Below are positions 25,136 to 39,724 of a stretch of DNA of 64,000 nucleotides, in pieces (the first letter of the stretch is position 1; every line of letters starts with the position of its first letter). The stretch comes from Eledone cirrhosa. Its lineage: Eukaryota. A model generated the notes under the pieces. That model made no database searches, was not told the origin of the DNA, and saw nothing but the letters and a program-made list of their open reading frames with translations. The translations under genes were made by a program, and so were the position numbers. Where the stretch lies: NCBI GenBank assembly GCA_964016885.1, contig OZ024740.1:288114001-288178000 (forward strand). The letters run 5' to 3'.

Positions 25136-25409
25136 CGCAATTTCTAATAATACAAATGTATAAGACACGAAACAATCTATTTATCCCTCTCGCTCCTTCT
25201 AATCGGTGATGCACTGGTTTTCTGTAGAGTTAGAACGAGAGTGAGTTTAGGAGCTGCTGTTTCGATAGTCCTTTATTATTATGCATCAACAATCAGCGGC
25301 TGAAGTCGATAACAGAGCTAAAATAAGCGCCATTTGTTTCTTTGTTCAGCCATGCTTCATTACAATTGAATAAGTCGGGCTTTATTTGATTTTTTAACAC
25401 ATCTCCCCC

Positions 25410-27579
<2,170 letters not shown>

Positions 27580-27684
27580 ATATATATATATATATAGTAG
27601 AATAATCGAGAATCGGAAAAACAGCTCACGAATTAACGATAAACAATATCCGATATGTGTGGCAGAGAGCTCAATAATTTGGAT

Positions 27685-27724
<40 letters not shown>

Positions 27725-27742
27725 AATAGAGACCAAGAATTA

Positions 27743-28408
27743 TTAGCTAATAAGCTTGAAACTAGTACAGCGTTCCTTTGTCAGTGTTGAACAAACGAGC
27801 AACGATGGTTGCTAGACACTGTACGGCTTAATACGGGATGTTTGTTTACAAACACACCGAGCATTATAATAAATGTTCGGTGAATCCATACGTACACATA
27901 TATATGTGTGCATGTATGTATATATATATACATACTACTGTACGTCTGTATACATATATGTATGTACGTGTACTTACTTATATTTAAGTAACAGCCGTAC
28001 TAAGAGTTAGAAAGGTTTTTTTGTTTCATTTTTTCCATTTATCGTTTTCGGTGCACTCGGCCGATTAACCCACTCGATATGCAAATTGGGCTACTCAGCT
28101 GTTAATATGCATAAGGAAAGTATATACTTTCAGACGTTCAACTATCTGGCAGGAAGGTATACGTTGCTGACGATAGCTAACGAGCTTGAAACTAGTACAT
28201 CGTTCCTTTGCCAATGTTGAACAAAAGGGCAACGATGGTTTCTAAACACTGTACGGCTTAATACGGGATGTTTGTTTACAAACACACCGAACATTATAAT
28301 AAATGTTCGGTAAATCCATACGTACATATATATATATGTGTGTGCATGTATGTATATATATACATACTACTGTACGTCTGTATGCATATATGTATATACG
28401 TATACATA

Positions 28409-28412
<4 letters not shown>
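27743..28412. repeat. Direct repeat of ~240 bp separated by a unique spacer
   Basis: TAGCTAA..AGCTTGAAACTAGTACA...AATCCATACGTACA... at ~27743-27982 and ~28173-28412. Confidence 0.8.
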
Positions 28413-28449
<37 letters not shown>

Positions 28450-28493
28450 AAGTTAAATAAAAGTCAAATTATTAAAATTTAGCTTCGTTTATT

Positions 28494-28548
28494 ACTGCTA
28501 TATATATTTCAGTGACAGCCATCTTTGGCTGTGACCTCTTCAGGCAGT
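28494..28548 (-). ncRNA. Type I hammerhead ribozyme (inverted arm)
   Basis: Exact reverse complement of 28779-28833. Confidence 0.8.
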
Positions 28549-28778
28549 TTGAATTAGTATGGTATAGACAAGTACATATGTTGTTTAGGTGTCAATACTC
28601 TGATATGCCCAGTTCCTTGTTGGGTTGTTAATTCACTGAGGAACTGGAGTCATATCAAGACTGGAGTCATATCATGACTCCAGTTCCTCAGTGAATTAAC
28701 AACCCAACAAGGAACTGGGCATATCAGAGTATTGACACCTAAACAACATATGTACTTGTCTATACCATACTAATTCAA

Positions 28779-28833
28779 ACTGCCTGAAGAGGTCACAGCC
28801 AAAGATGGCTGTCACTGAAATATATATAGCAGT
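28779..28833 (+). ncRNA. Type I hammerhead ribozyme
   Basis: actgc-CUGAAGA-ggtcacagcc aaagat ggctgtcact-GAAA-tatata-UA-gcagt, followed immediately by AATAAA. Complete conserved core and palindromic stem III. Confidence 0.85.
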
Positions 28834-29003
28834 AATAAACGAAGCTAAATTTTAATCATTTGACTTTTATTTAACTTTATTTTACACTACTCCGGAGTAA
28901 CCAAACCAACCTGCGCACTTCGTCGAGTGCTCCAGCCTGCATACTGAGGTGTTGGTATACAACCAACATAAACTCAAAATCTCTCTCTCTCTCTATATAT
29001 ATA

Positions 29004-29145
29004 TATGAAAAGATTCGGGACCCCGGCGGCTGAGCTCCGGTCGTTTCGATAGCTAGATCCGAATCTTTTCATATAACCCACTCTACTACCCCTAGTATCG
29101 AGTACTCTGGTGGATTATGGTCCACTTAGTATCTTACCACACCCT

Positions 29146-29150
<5 letters not shown>
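29004..29150 (+). mobile_element. Fold-back insertion family P1, diverged copy
   Basis: Tail (ACCCACTCTACTACCCCTAGTATCGAGTACTCTGGTGG..GGTCCAC..CTTACCAC) is homologous to the P1 tail. The short inverted piece carries the GAAAcg..GAGCTC..gccg motif. Confidence 0.6.
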
Positions 29151-29206
<56 letters not shown>

Positions 29207-29406
29207 AACTATCCGGGAGCTTCCAACAGAAATGGTCGCATTCTTTAAGAGTATGTCAATATTTATTTATAAAACTGATCTATATTATATTTTATCTGAT
29301 GAAAGCACACCATAATTTAACTTGGTGTCCTTGAAATATGTATAATGAAATAAATATGGTTTTATAAATATAGTTTCCATTTGTTAATATATCGTATATA
29401 TATACG

Positions 29407-29447
<41 letters not shown>

Positions 29448-30194
29448 GATTTCCATATCTTTCGCTAGGCGATCTCACTCGGAATAGCTGACACGTGGTT
29501 AGGATGCGCTGGCTGGAGTCTGCAGTCGCCGCATGCTGTTTGACTGCTAAACAAGGACATAATCTTTACTCTACATCCCACTCGGATAACTTATAGAGAA
29601 TCTCTATAATACAATTAAAGTTAATTCATAAAAGACTCTTTCTTTAACTAAACCTCGCAACCCCAAACCTTAACATTTTTTTCAATTTTCAATTTTCTAA
29701 TTTTTTAATTTTATAATGTTAATCTTTAATTTTTTTAACTTCATCCTATAAATCTAAACAAAATTTAACGTTCCAATCTTCTGCTCACACATTATACCAT
29801 GTAGACCCCCACTATATATACCTCTGTTATAATATATACCTCTATTAAGATACGGGTCCTTTAGAATAACTTTTTTCGTGGCAATTCCTGGCCTGACTGT
29901 AGCATGGCATTAATGCTGACTTTTCTTCCTCTTTCTTTCTGTCTTTTTTTTTTGTAGCATGACATTAACGCTGACTTTTCTTCTTCTTCCTTTCTGTTTT
30001 ACTTCTCTTTGACCGAGAGGTTAGTAGCACACTATAAGCTTTAGCCCCCTCACGAGATAGCCTTAGGTAGGCCGAATGGGCAGCACTTGAAGGCGACCGG
30101 CTAAAGTGGAACATGCTAGATGGTCGGTCATCCTCGGGTCTATGATTTTTAGCCTCATGGATTTTATCTGTTGCATTCATTTATTATATTTCGA

Positions 30195-30252
30195 ATACCT
30201 GATGATATCACCGGATTCATACGGAACCCGGTCATTGAATTGATCATAGTAT
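30195..30252 (+). ncRNA. Type I hammerhead ribozyme candidate (GAAU variant)
   Basis: atac-CUGAUGA-(t atcaccgg...ccggtcat t)-GAAU-tgatca-UA-gtat, then AATAAA, a ~45-bp tail and (TA)n. Confidence 0.6.
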
Positions 30253-30300
30253 AATAAACCTTTCAAGGATTTACACAAGACCAGCCTCCTGTTATTTTAT

Positions 30301-30352
<52 letters not shown>

Positions 30353-31799
30353 AGAATAGAAATGGCTGTGTAGTTGCTATTTAGGGTAACTTAAAATGCA
30401 GTGGGAATACGAAGAAAGCAAGAAGGGGGGGGGGTGAGTTTCCATCATCGGTTGTCTACTGGAGGTCTTGGATATTTCTACGCTTTAAAGACAATATACC
30501 TCGCCCCAGGGCGTCAATAACTGGATAAGTTATTGGGAAAACGGAGGAAGTGGGGGAAGTGAAGCAAAGGGGAAGAAAAGAGAAAACAGTAACAAAACAC
30601 CGAAAAAACAACAACAAAAGAAGAGATCTGGTGTGATCGAAACATGCCCGTTGCATTTATTAGCTTGGCATAAAGACAAGTTATATATTATCCAATATAG
30701 TTTTTTTTTTTTTATATGGTGAGTGAAAATTGTCTATGCAGGTTGCTAGACCATGTACATACTCGTTAAATAGTTTTAAGGTTTACTGCCAACATGGAAG
30801 AAGTAACAGGAAGCTACTGAGATTGTTTCATAAGTAGTTTAGCTCATAAAACATATTTGCTGCTGTTTTTAAAGGACCTCCTTTTCAATGGGGAAATAAT
30901 CCTACTTAACGATATCAACTTCGAATTTTCAGTAAACATTAAACTTGCAGTTAATCGGATTAACTTGTGTAAATTAATCCTATCTTGTGTGACAATACAA
31001 ATACTGCCACAAAGTAACAGATTAACTATAATTATTTCTGTTGTTGGTATTGTTGAGCCCCTAGGGTAGTCATAATTCATCAAATTTATTATAAAAGGTA
31101 TTCAATCCGTAACCTTCACGTCTATTTTGTTTAAGGTAGAGTGTATCCAAGACTCTTTTATCTAATGTGTTTTTTTATTTACTTTTTTTTTCACAGTACG
31201 GAGCATTTTGAAGGGTTTGGGGTCCTGTTTTGAGCAGGTTGAGTGACAACATAGATGGCCGTTCGCTGGTTCAGACTGTCCCTGCTATAGATATACCTAT
31301 AACAAATTGACTGGCATTAGTGCTGGTGGTAAAGTGAGAATGGAGATGGGGATATAATAATTATATTCTTTTCCTAATGACTCGTTCTCCGGCTCAAATC
31401 TTGCTGCTTTGGCCTCAAACCCGGGCTTCGCTGCCCGCAATGCGGGGTAGAGGAAGATAGTAAAACACCGAGTCTGACCTACTCCTGCCTCTTTGCACCG
31501 GTCTCCGTCGAGACATCTGGCGTCCTTGGTCCCCGCACTGCTTATTTCCGGAAATACGGCGGCCCACTTAAGGAGGGGGCCCGCTTGAGGATGACTGTTT
31601 CAGCGGGTGTCTGGTCGTTCTCCGCGGTAACTATTTTGCCGTTTTGTCCGCGAGGCACAGCTGGGCCACCTCTCAGACAGGTATAGTGACCGTCTTTCCC
31701 ATTCTCACTTTCTTTCATTGCTTGATCCTTTTTTCCCTTTTCTCCTTTTCATTTTCTTTTTTCCTCCCTCAGTAAAATCAATCTATAATTCTTGAAGCA

Positions 31800-33640
31800 G
31801 ATTATTTTATTTTTCCAAATATAATTCATTAGTAGAGAAAGGCAATGAAGAATGACATGATGAGGAATGAAAACAAAAGCGATATATACAAACACACACA
31901 CGCCGACCACAACTAAATATGGAATGATACGCGATGGGGCTCCGCTACAGCCCCGGCGGTCAGAATGGAGAAGGCGTTTCCCTGGAGGACAGCAAGGGAG
32001 ACGCGCTGGAAAAGCCTCTCCAACTTGCGGGGCTCACACCTGCGGCTGGCCAGCTTAGCGCCTATGGTGGTGAGTAGGGAGGTAGCCCTAGAGCCGAGGA
32101 CACCAGAAGTTTCCACTGCCAGGGGGTACGACCGCAAACCTGTCGGAGAGCGACCGGTATTTGAGGAGTTTAGCCTCCTCAGCCCGACGTGCAGCAGAAC
32201 CCGGGTTAATCGCAGACTGCACCAGGTTGCGGCTGCAGAAAGTGTTGGTGCAACTGGCATCCAAGACGAGAGGTTTACCACCGCGGAACGGGAAGATGGT
32301 CATGCCATCTGGCCTTTTGCCGTCCTCTCGGTCCAGCCCCACGGGCTTGAGCTGGGAAGGCAAGCCTGTAGCGTCCAAGCCCTGCTTTATGACCTCGTTG
32401 AGGGCAGCATGGTGTGGAAGGAGGCCAGCACTGTGGCAACAGGAAAGCGGCTGGAGGCCGAAAGGGTCCACGGTGGATCCGTGGCGACATTGGTGTGGCT
32501 CGCAGATCCGAAGGCCGAGCCTCAAGGAAACGCCAATGCGCAGGCTATTATTGTCTAGCTGCGTGCCAGTGGAGAAGAAGGGCAGGGCATGGAGCAGACA
32601 CCACTGTGGGGTTTGGAGGCCGCACGAAAACAGGCAAGGCGGTGTTGGTCGAGTTGGCGCGTGAGCCTGTTTGAGGCCAGGCTACACTGGATGGCATACC
32701 AAGTGCTTTTTTTTGGGGGGGGGGGACTTGACGTCAACAGGGGGAGAAGGAGGAGGGACGTCTACTGGGCCGAGTCCCAGCTGGTCCTACGTCTCACAAC
32801 GGCCTCACGTTCTCTGAACACAGAGGGTTCTATTGGGTTTTGGAGAACCCCGCTGACAAGGACGCAGCACGAGGTTACCGACGAAAGATATGCCAGCAAA
32901 GCCAGTGAGATCGGGGACCGGAGGCCAAGGCCGCCATACCTGACAGGTAAAGTGGCCTGTTGCCATCCAATGACGTCAAACTTGACGTTGCATATCTCCT
33001 CGACTGCTTCTAGGATACAAATATCGAGGTCAGCGAGGAGAGATGTGTGAGTGTAGCACGGAGCGCTGCGAAGGATATAGAGGAGCTTCGGCATGGCGAA
33101 GCAGTTCCTCAACAGAAAGAGGGCTGAGGCCGTCGATCCAGCCCAGTCGGCTCGTGAGAGTCTGGAGTTGTTGAAGCCTGGACCTGATGGTGGAGCGGAT
33201 GGCCGGCGGGTGGATCGGTGACCCGAGGATGGGGACATCCGCTTTAGGGCTCACATATACCTGGTGGAGAATGGACCGCACGTCCCAGACGGAGGCTGCA
33301 AAGCTATCAGCATCGTGGCTGACGTTCACCACCTCCGACTTAGCCGAGTTGACTTGGAGGCCGATTCCTGCCAGGGCAGGAACCACCGATTGTAGGTCAT
33401 GGCAGACAGTCTGTACGGGCCCGCCCAACATAGCATCATCCAGATACCAAACATTGAGAGGGACCGTGATACTCCTGGCGATGTGGTTTATACCAAGGGC
33501 AAACAGGAGGGGTCCCAAAGGGTCGCCCTGTTGGACCCCAGTGGCTGAAGGTATGACCGTATCAGCAGCAAGGAGCATGCTCGGTCGGGGCTCCAATAAA
33601 ACGTCACATTTGGTGTGAGTGTAGTGAAATGGCATTTAAG
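31800..33640 (-). mobile_element. Decayed 5'-truncated CRE-clade non-LTR retrotransposon
   Basis: RT motifs SATGVQQGDPLGPLLF and WYLDD, QATLPVRYGGLGLRS, RLGL..C..GSTVDPFG..LSC, KRPDGMT RLE motif, C-terminal QRVSLAVLQGNA. Several frameshifts. Confidence 0.9.
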
Positions 33641-33899
33641 TGAAATCTAGAGAACACTTGCCCTACGAAGTTTATTGAATGATACCTGTATCACATGATC
33701 CTGTCTGCGAATAACGGGTTGATTTTGCTTTTCATTCCATCAGAATCGATAAAGTAGATACCATTGAAATACTAGGGCGGATCATGGATATACTATAGCC
33801 TGCCCTAAAGTTTGAGATATTGTACCTAAGTTATATATTATGATTAATTTATATTAGTTTTACAGAGGGAATAAGTAATATTCGTTTTTTCTACCCACT

Positions 33900-34140
33900 A
33901 AATTGTAATAAAACTATGCTTATGGACTGTATGTATGTTTGCTGAATATGATCATCACAACAAATACTTGCTTGCTTGCTTGTCTCTAATGTAATACAAC
34001 CAAAAGGGCGCATAATGGTAAAATAATTTGAAAGGAAGTTGCCCCTGAAATCAGAATACAAATGGAATAAAACAAGTTTCGCGTAAATCGAAGCACGGGT
34101 TCCCGAGATATGGGGGTTTCTGGGTACCTTCATAAACAGA
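33900..34140 (+). mobile_element. Helitron/HINE-like terminal segment
   Basis: Reverse-complement homolog of 41852-42032 and 44605-44790 (GAAACTTGTTTTATTCCATTTGTA..GGGGCAACTTCCTTTCAAA). Confidence 0.5.
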
Positions 34141-34308
34141 GAGAGAGAAGGATAGAGAGAAAGAGATAGTTGTTGTGAGAGCGTAGATTGAAAGAGAGAC
34201 ATAGAGAGAGGAAGCTGGTGTTGTTGTTGTGTATATGTGTGTATATGTTTGTGTGCATCTTTGACAGGTGTATATAGATCACATACACCCACATATACGT
34301 AAATGTTT

Positions 34309-34486
<178 letters not shown>

Positions 34487-34519
34487 ACACGTACATACTT
34501 ACACATATATATATATATG

Positions 34520-34945
34520 TAGGAGGTGAGTTTTATTGTAGTACAATAAAGCAATGCAGATATCGGATAAGAAGCACTCTACAGTTTGTAGGACTGGAGT
34601 ATAAATAATATATAAGATCAAAAGATGGTTAAAAGAGTTCCATGTATTTTATTATGCACATTACAAAAACAAATATCATCATGCAATAACATTTGTGTTT
34701 TCGTCAGATAAAATAGGGAGACATGATATGAAGGTTAAAACACACTTGTGAATAGTGCAGTTTTAAATCAACATATGTTGATTTAAAACTGCACTATTCA
34801 CAAGTGTGTTTTAACCTTCATATCATGTCTCCCTATTTTATCTGACGAAAACACAAATGTTATTGCATGATGATATTTGTTTTTGTAATGCGCATAATAA
34901 AATACATGGAACTCTTTTAACCATCTTTTGATCTTATATATTATT
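34520..34945. mobile_element. Penelope-like fold-back insertion: spacerless 171-bp-arm palindrome
   Basis: Arms 34604-34774/34775-34945 (one mismatch seen) and an unpaired tail 34520-34603. Hammerhead-like ttttat-CUGACGA-stem II-GUAA-tgcgca-UA-ataaaa at 34836-34902. (TA)n flanks. Confidence 0.75.
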
Positions 34946-35245
34946 ATTATATATATATATATATATATATATACAAACAAACACATTTATATATAAATAT
35001 ATACATACACACACGTATATATATGGGCCTTCCAGTTCCATTTCACATTATATACATGTTTGCGTATATTTTAATTATTTAAAAGTTATTTTTAAGTGAA
35101 CATGATTTTTAAAAAAATATTTTTAAGTGAACGTGAAGTTCAACAATATATACCATATATAACATCTTATACATAATCCCTCAGGGGTAGATCCCAATAA
35201 AGTAATCTAAAAAAACAAACATTTCACAAGCATCTTTTCTTGCAG

Positions 35246-35335
35246 TTTCCAAGTTAAAGAACAACACTGACAATTCCAATAGATTGAAAGAGACATTATT
35301 GACAGAACAACTTTTCATCAGAGAGTTTCTGAAAG
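35246..35335 (+). other. Candidate host exon (90 nt, symmetric phase 1)
   Basis: CATCTTTTCTTGCAG| acceptor, open frame SKLKNNTDNSNRLKETLLTEQLFIREFLK, AAG|GTATAA donor. Confidence 0.35.
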
Positions 35336-35769
35336 GTATAAGAAAAAAAACCTATTTAGTGAAATGAATTCATTCTCCCCGATCCAGCGTAGTGCAAGAA
35401 AAATTATTATTATTTCATGTCTGTGTAGGTCTACTAACAAGGTAAATATTTGTATATACGGACAAGGTAACGAGCGTAAATGGCCGCTAGAAATAGCAGT
35501 CAATATGGACCGTCTACCAGCTCAACGGACGGGCAAAAAATGCTATACAGTTATTGTAATATAGGTAACTTAGGATTCTTTTGTGGAAAAATTAAAAGAG
35601 TATTTGATAAAACGTTTTGAGGCATTTAGTTATGTCTAAATTTTGTTGGGGGTGAACTTTCATCCTTTGATCTTCAGGACTCGATAAAATAAAGAACCTG
35701 TCAAATACTCGTGTCCCCAAATTTCTCGTATTGTGTCTAAATTAGAATACTGGTATTCTATACTCACAG

Positions 35770-36000
35770 TGGAGGCACGTGGCCTAGTGGTAAGGGTGTT
35801 GGACTTACGATCATAATGTCGTGGGCTCGATTCCTGGGTTGCGTGTTGTGTTCTTGAGCAAAACATTTCATATCACGTTGCTACAGTATACTCAGTAAAT
35901 GAGTACCAGCAATTGCTGTCCAGGGGGAAGTCTTGTACTCTCAGTCGCTTCATGCCATGAAACCGGTGTATTGAGTCTGGCTGAAGACAGACTTCAGACT
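35770..36000 (+). mobile_element. tRNA-derived SINE of a second family
   Basis: GTGGCCTAGTGGTAAGGG A box, GGCTCGATTCC B box, then a GTGTTCTTGAGCAAAACA...GTAAATGAGTACC body. Confidence 0.7.
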
Positions 36001-36164
36001 TTTAGACTTATACTCACAAGATGGGAGTAAAACTGTGTAGAAAGATACGTTCAAAGATCTAGTCATGTCACGCTGATTCTGTCCGGCCACTTACACGTTT
36101 ATTTAATAAACAGGCAGTACAGTGGATAAAAAAACTGAATCCTCGTCGTCGTATCTGACGGAAA

Positions 36165-36303
36165 TTCATTACGTCCCTTTACGGTCTGAGTTCAAATCCC
36201 GCCGAGGTTAACTTTGCCTTTCATCCTTACGGGGTCGATAAAATAAAGTACCAGTAATGTACTTGGTAATTTGATGGCCTTGTGCCAAAAGTAGAAACAA
36301 TTA
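36165..36303 (+). mobile_element. 5'-truncated SINE (main family)
   Basis: B box GTTCAAATCC, central domain, and GTAGAAACAATTA end. Confidence 0.85.
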
Positions 36304-36480
36304 TATATTTATAAGTTCAAATTCCTTCGGTGTAGTGGAGCATAAAATAATTGCTAATCAAGTACTGAATCGATTTTATCGACGTATCCTCCTCTGACCA
36401 TTATTTATGTAAATGTTTTGTTCCTGGATATACATATTGCTCCAGACTGAATTTAAACCATTAGCCTTTGTTTCTAAATT

Positions 36481-36540
<60 letters not shown>

Positions 36541-36556
36541 ACACACACACACACAC

Positions 36557-36630
<74 letters not shown>

Positions 36631-36724
36631 ACACACACACAGACACAGACACACACACAGACAGAGGAATAAAACATTGATGACGATCGAACCAATTGAA
36701 ACTAAGATATATATGTATAGTTCT

Positions 36725-36932
36725 TTCTAACATTGGCGCAAGGCCAGCAATTTGGGGGAAGGGAATCTCGATTATATCGACCCCAGTACTTACTCTATTT
36801 TATCACCCTTGGAAGGATGAAAGGCAAAAATTGACCTGGGCGAAACTTGAACTCAGAACGTAAGAAGTCCTAACTAAATACCACAATGCATTTTGCCTGA
36901 CGCTCTACCAGTACTACCAACCCACCGCCCTT
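36725..36932 (-). mobile_element. Diverged SINE (main family)
   Basis: Reverse complement of GGCGGTGGGTTGGTAGTACTGGTAGAG...GTTCAAG...GCCTTTCATCC. Confidence 0.75.
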
Positions 36933-36973
36933 AAGGCCAGTAGTTATCATCAATGTAGTCGTCATCACTGCCG

Positions 36974-37008
<35 letters not shown>

Positions 37009-37324
37009 GTCGTCGTCATTCTAGTTATTGAATAATCTTTGACCTCTAAAAACAAAATAAATACAGGAGCGATCATAATCTTATATATAACTGATTTTAT
37101 AGATTTAAACATTTATTGATTTGTTAATTGGCAAATAAGTATATCATGATCATCACCACTCACGCAGTTTGTCAGTTGAATGGACAAGAGCAGACAAGGG
37201 CAATCATTTTCGAAAAAGTGGTCCGCATGAGAGATGGCTAATCATAAGGCGGGCCGTACTACTAACAAATTTAAGGCGTGACATTCATAAAGCCAAACGG
37301 GCTGCAGTTTGCCCATGGCTGGAG

Positions 37325-37402
37325 TGCCACTGAGAATCGGACTCGCGAACTTACGAACGCGAGCCGAATACCCTAACCACTAAGCCATGCTCCTTCACGC
37401 CT
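37325..37402 (-). mobile_element. tRNA-like SINE head
   Basis: Minus strand GGAGCATGGCTTAGTGGTTAGGGTATTCGGCTC...GAGTCCGATTCTC. No complete cloverleaf. Confidence 0.55.
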
Positions 37403-38177
37403 TCTGCATACGAAATTCAGATACCGTAGGCCTCGCGTATGGAATGTAGCGGGTTGAACAATTTCAATCAACTACGATTATCCATGTAGACAAAAACTCC
37501 GTCTAAGAGTGTATATAATCTAAAACAATAAGCAAGGTAGATAAATCTAATAAGTTTAGCTAATCCAATTTTATTTTTTAAATATTTATTTATTTATTTG
37601 TTATTTATTTATTTAATTTGAACGTCCATATAGAGCTAGTAAGCTATGACAGACTCGGGGAACTATCGAGTACTCCTTACAGCTGGTAATAAAAAATAAA
37701 ATAAAAAATAAAATAAAAATAAAATAAAAATAAAATAAAAATAAAATAAAAATAAAATAAAAATAAAATAAAAATAAAATAATAATAAAATAAAAATAAA
37801 ATAAAAATAAAACAAAACTAAAAAAAGAGAAAAGGAGAAAAATAAAATAACAAAAATAACATTTCAAATATTGAAGGCCAATGGGAGGCAGATTATGTCT
37901 GAGAAAACGAAAAGGAAAATAGGAAACAAGTGATGTTGTCAAACAAGTGATGTTGTCAAAGTTCCTCTTATTGAATCTTTTCGTAGTTTCCATGTACTCA
38001 AAGATTTTGTTTACATTTGGTAGACCTGTAATCAAATATTGAACTTCCAATCCTGGTAGGTTTTAAAGATTGGTTTCAGCATGGCCTCACTCTCAGACTG
38101 ATCATTTCTAAAGACGATACAAATTAAAACCAGTTGGTGAAAGCAATGGGTGTGTTTCTATTATATTAGAAAACATT

Positions 38178-38577
38178 AGGGCGGTGGATTGGCAGTATCG
38201 GTAGAGAATCGGACTCCATGCTTTGCTGCATAGAGTTACGGCCCTTTACGGTCTGCGTTCAAATCCCGCTAAGGTTAACTTTACCTTTCATCCTTACGGG
38301 CTCGATAAGATAAAGTACCAGTAACGTACTGGGGTTGATTTAATCGACTTTCCCCTACCTCCAAATTACTGGCCTTGTGCCTATACTAGAAATCATTGGA
38401 TTGGCAGTATTGGTAGAGGGTCGGACACAATGCTTTGACGCATAGAGTTACGGCCCTTGCCATTCTGAGTTCAAATCCCCACGAGGTTAACTTTGCCTTT
38501 CATCCTTACGGGGTCGATAAAATAAAGTACCAGTAATGCACTGGGTAATTGCTGGCCTTGTGCCTAAAGTAGAAACA
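38178..38577 (+). mobile_element. Dimeric SINE flanked by a single 18-bp TSD
   Basis: Two head-to-tail SINE units (~38178-38395, ~38397-38577). ATTATATTAGAAAACATT at 38160-38177 and 38578-38595. Confidence 0.85.
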
Positions 38578-38819
38578 ATTATATTAGAAAACATTTGCGA
38601 AAGCTGTATCTTTCCACATAGCTAGTAACAATATATGTTAAGCCCACCTTCATGTTATGCTTTACTTACAGTTAGGTCTATTATTATCATTATGTTGTAA
38701 ATACTGCAACATCACTGAAGACTGGGCCTTTGGATTCTCTGCTGCTGCACTATTAAATAAAAAATCTCAGTAACATCTATAAATTCTTTTCCAGAGCTGC
38801 TATTTATCTGAAATTAATG

Positions 38820-39005
38820 TATCGGACAAAAACACTTCGTAGTATTTGTCGCGGTACTTGTTCAAATTCCGCCGGGGTCAACTTTAACATACAAGCTTCT
38901 GGGACTGATGAAAGAAAATACCAACTAAATATCGAGGTCAATATAATCGACTATACTCTGCACCAAATAAATATAAAGTGTTATGTTAATGTTTGAAATC
39001 AATAT
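38820..39005 (+). mobile_element. Old diverged SINE
   Basis: TCGGACAAAA...GTTCAAATTCCGCCGGGGTCAACTTT. Confidence 0.55.
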
Positions 39006-39724
39006 TACCATTATAAATATCTACATTAATAATCCACACTATTATTCGATATGACTACGTTTCATTTTAAAAATTCATGAAATATTGATATGAAGTGTAA
39101 GTGCCTATGCGTGTGTGTGTATTTGTGTGTGTATTGTTGTGTCTGTGTGTGTGTGTGTGTGTTTGTGTGTTTGTGTGTTTGTGTGATCTTGTGCGTGCAT
39201 ATGTATAATTAATATGCGTGAGTGTATGTGTGTATATTAATAGCTAAACGTACAAATAACAAGAAAATTGTCACACAGACGAAAGACCCACTTGTGAGAA
39301 GCCCAGGATGAAATCACTAATGGGTATTTTACGAGGAACTATTTTTGTTTCCACCCCACCTCCACCATAACACGAGCACCCGCACCAGCACCCGCCTTTA
39401 TAAAGCTCTATCTAACCAAACAAGTGCCTGGATATTATTGCTATTTTCACGCTTCTTATAGAATAATAATTCCATCATTTTGGTAAGTCAATATTGGCGG
39501 AAGATTGATAGGAATTTGGTAGTTGTTAATAGAAACTTGGGTGATATATTCGGCTTTCAATTGCTTTAAATATATCGCAAAACTACACACAGTCATTTGA
39601 GACTATATTTGTCCTCCCGAGACAATTTTACCTTTTATCTCCCAAGGAATTCTTGGGGTCGGTTTACTCGACTATATCTCTTCCTGATAATTGTGTGTCT
39701 TTGGGCCACTGCAATGTACAATCA

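Larger units (their letters stand above)
28443..28980 (+). mobile_element. Penelope-like fold-back insertion with intact hammerheads
   Basis: ~210-bp near-perfect inverted arms 28443-28653/28674-28884, an unpaired tail 28885-28980, and a small direct duplication at the centre. In TA/TC microsatellite. Confidence 0.8.

Noticed and set aside
37325-37402. Functional tRNA gene
   Set aside because: A/B-box-like motifs are present but acceptor and T stems do not pair, so it is better explained as a SINE head.
38671-38810. Minus-strand exon candidate with GTAAGT donor
   Set aside because: Acceptor and frame are ambiguous, no recognisable protein, and it conflicts with plus-strand candidates.
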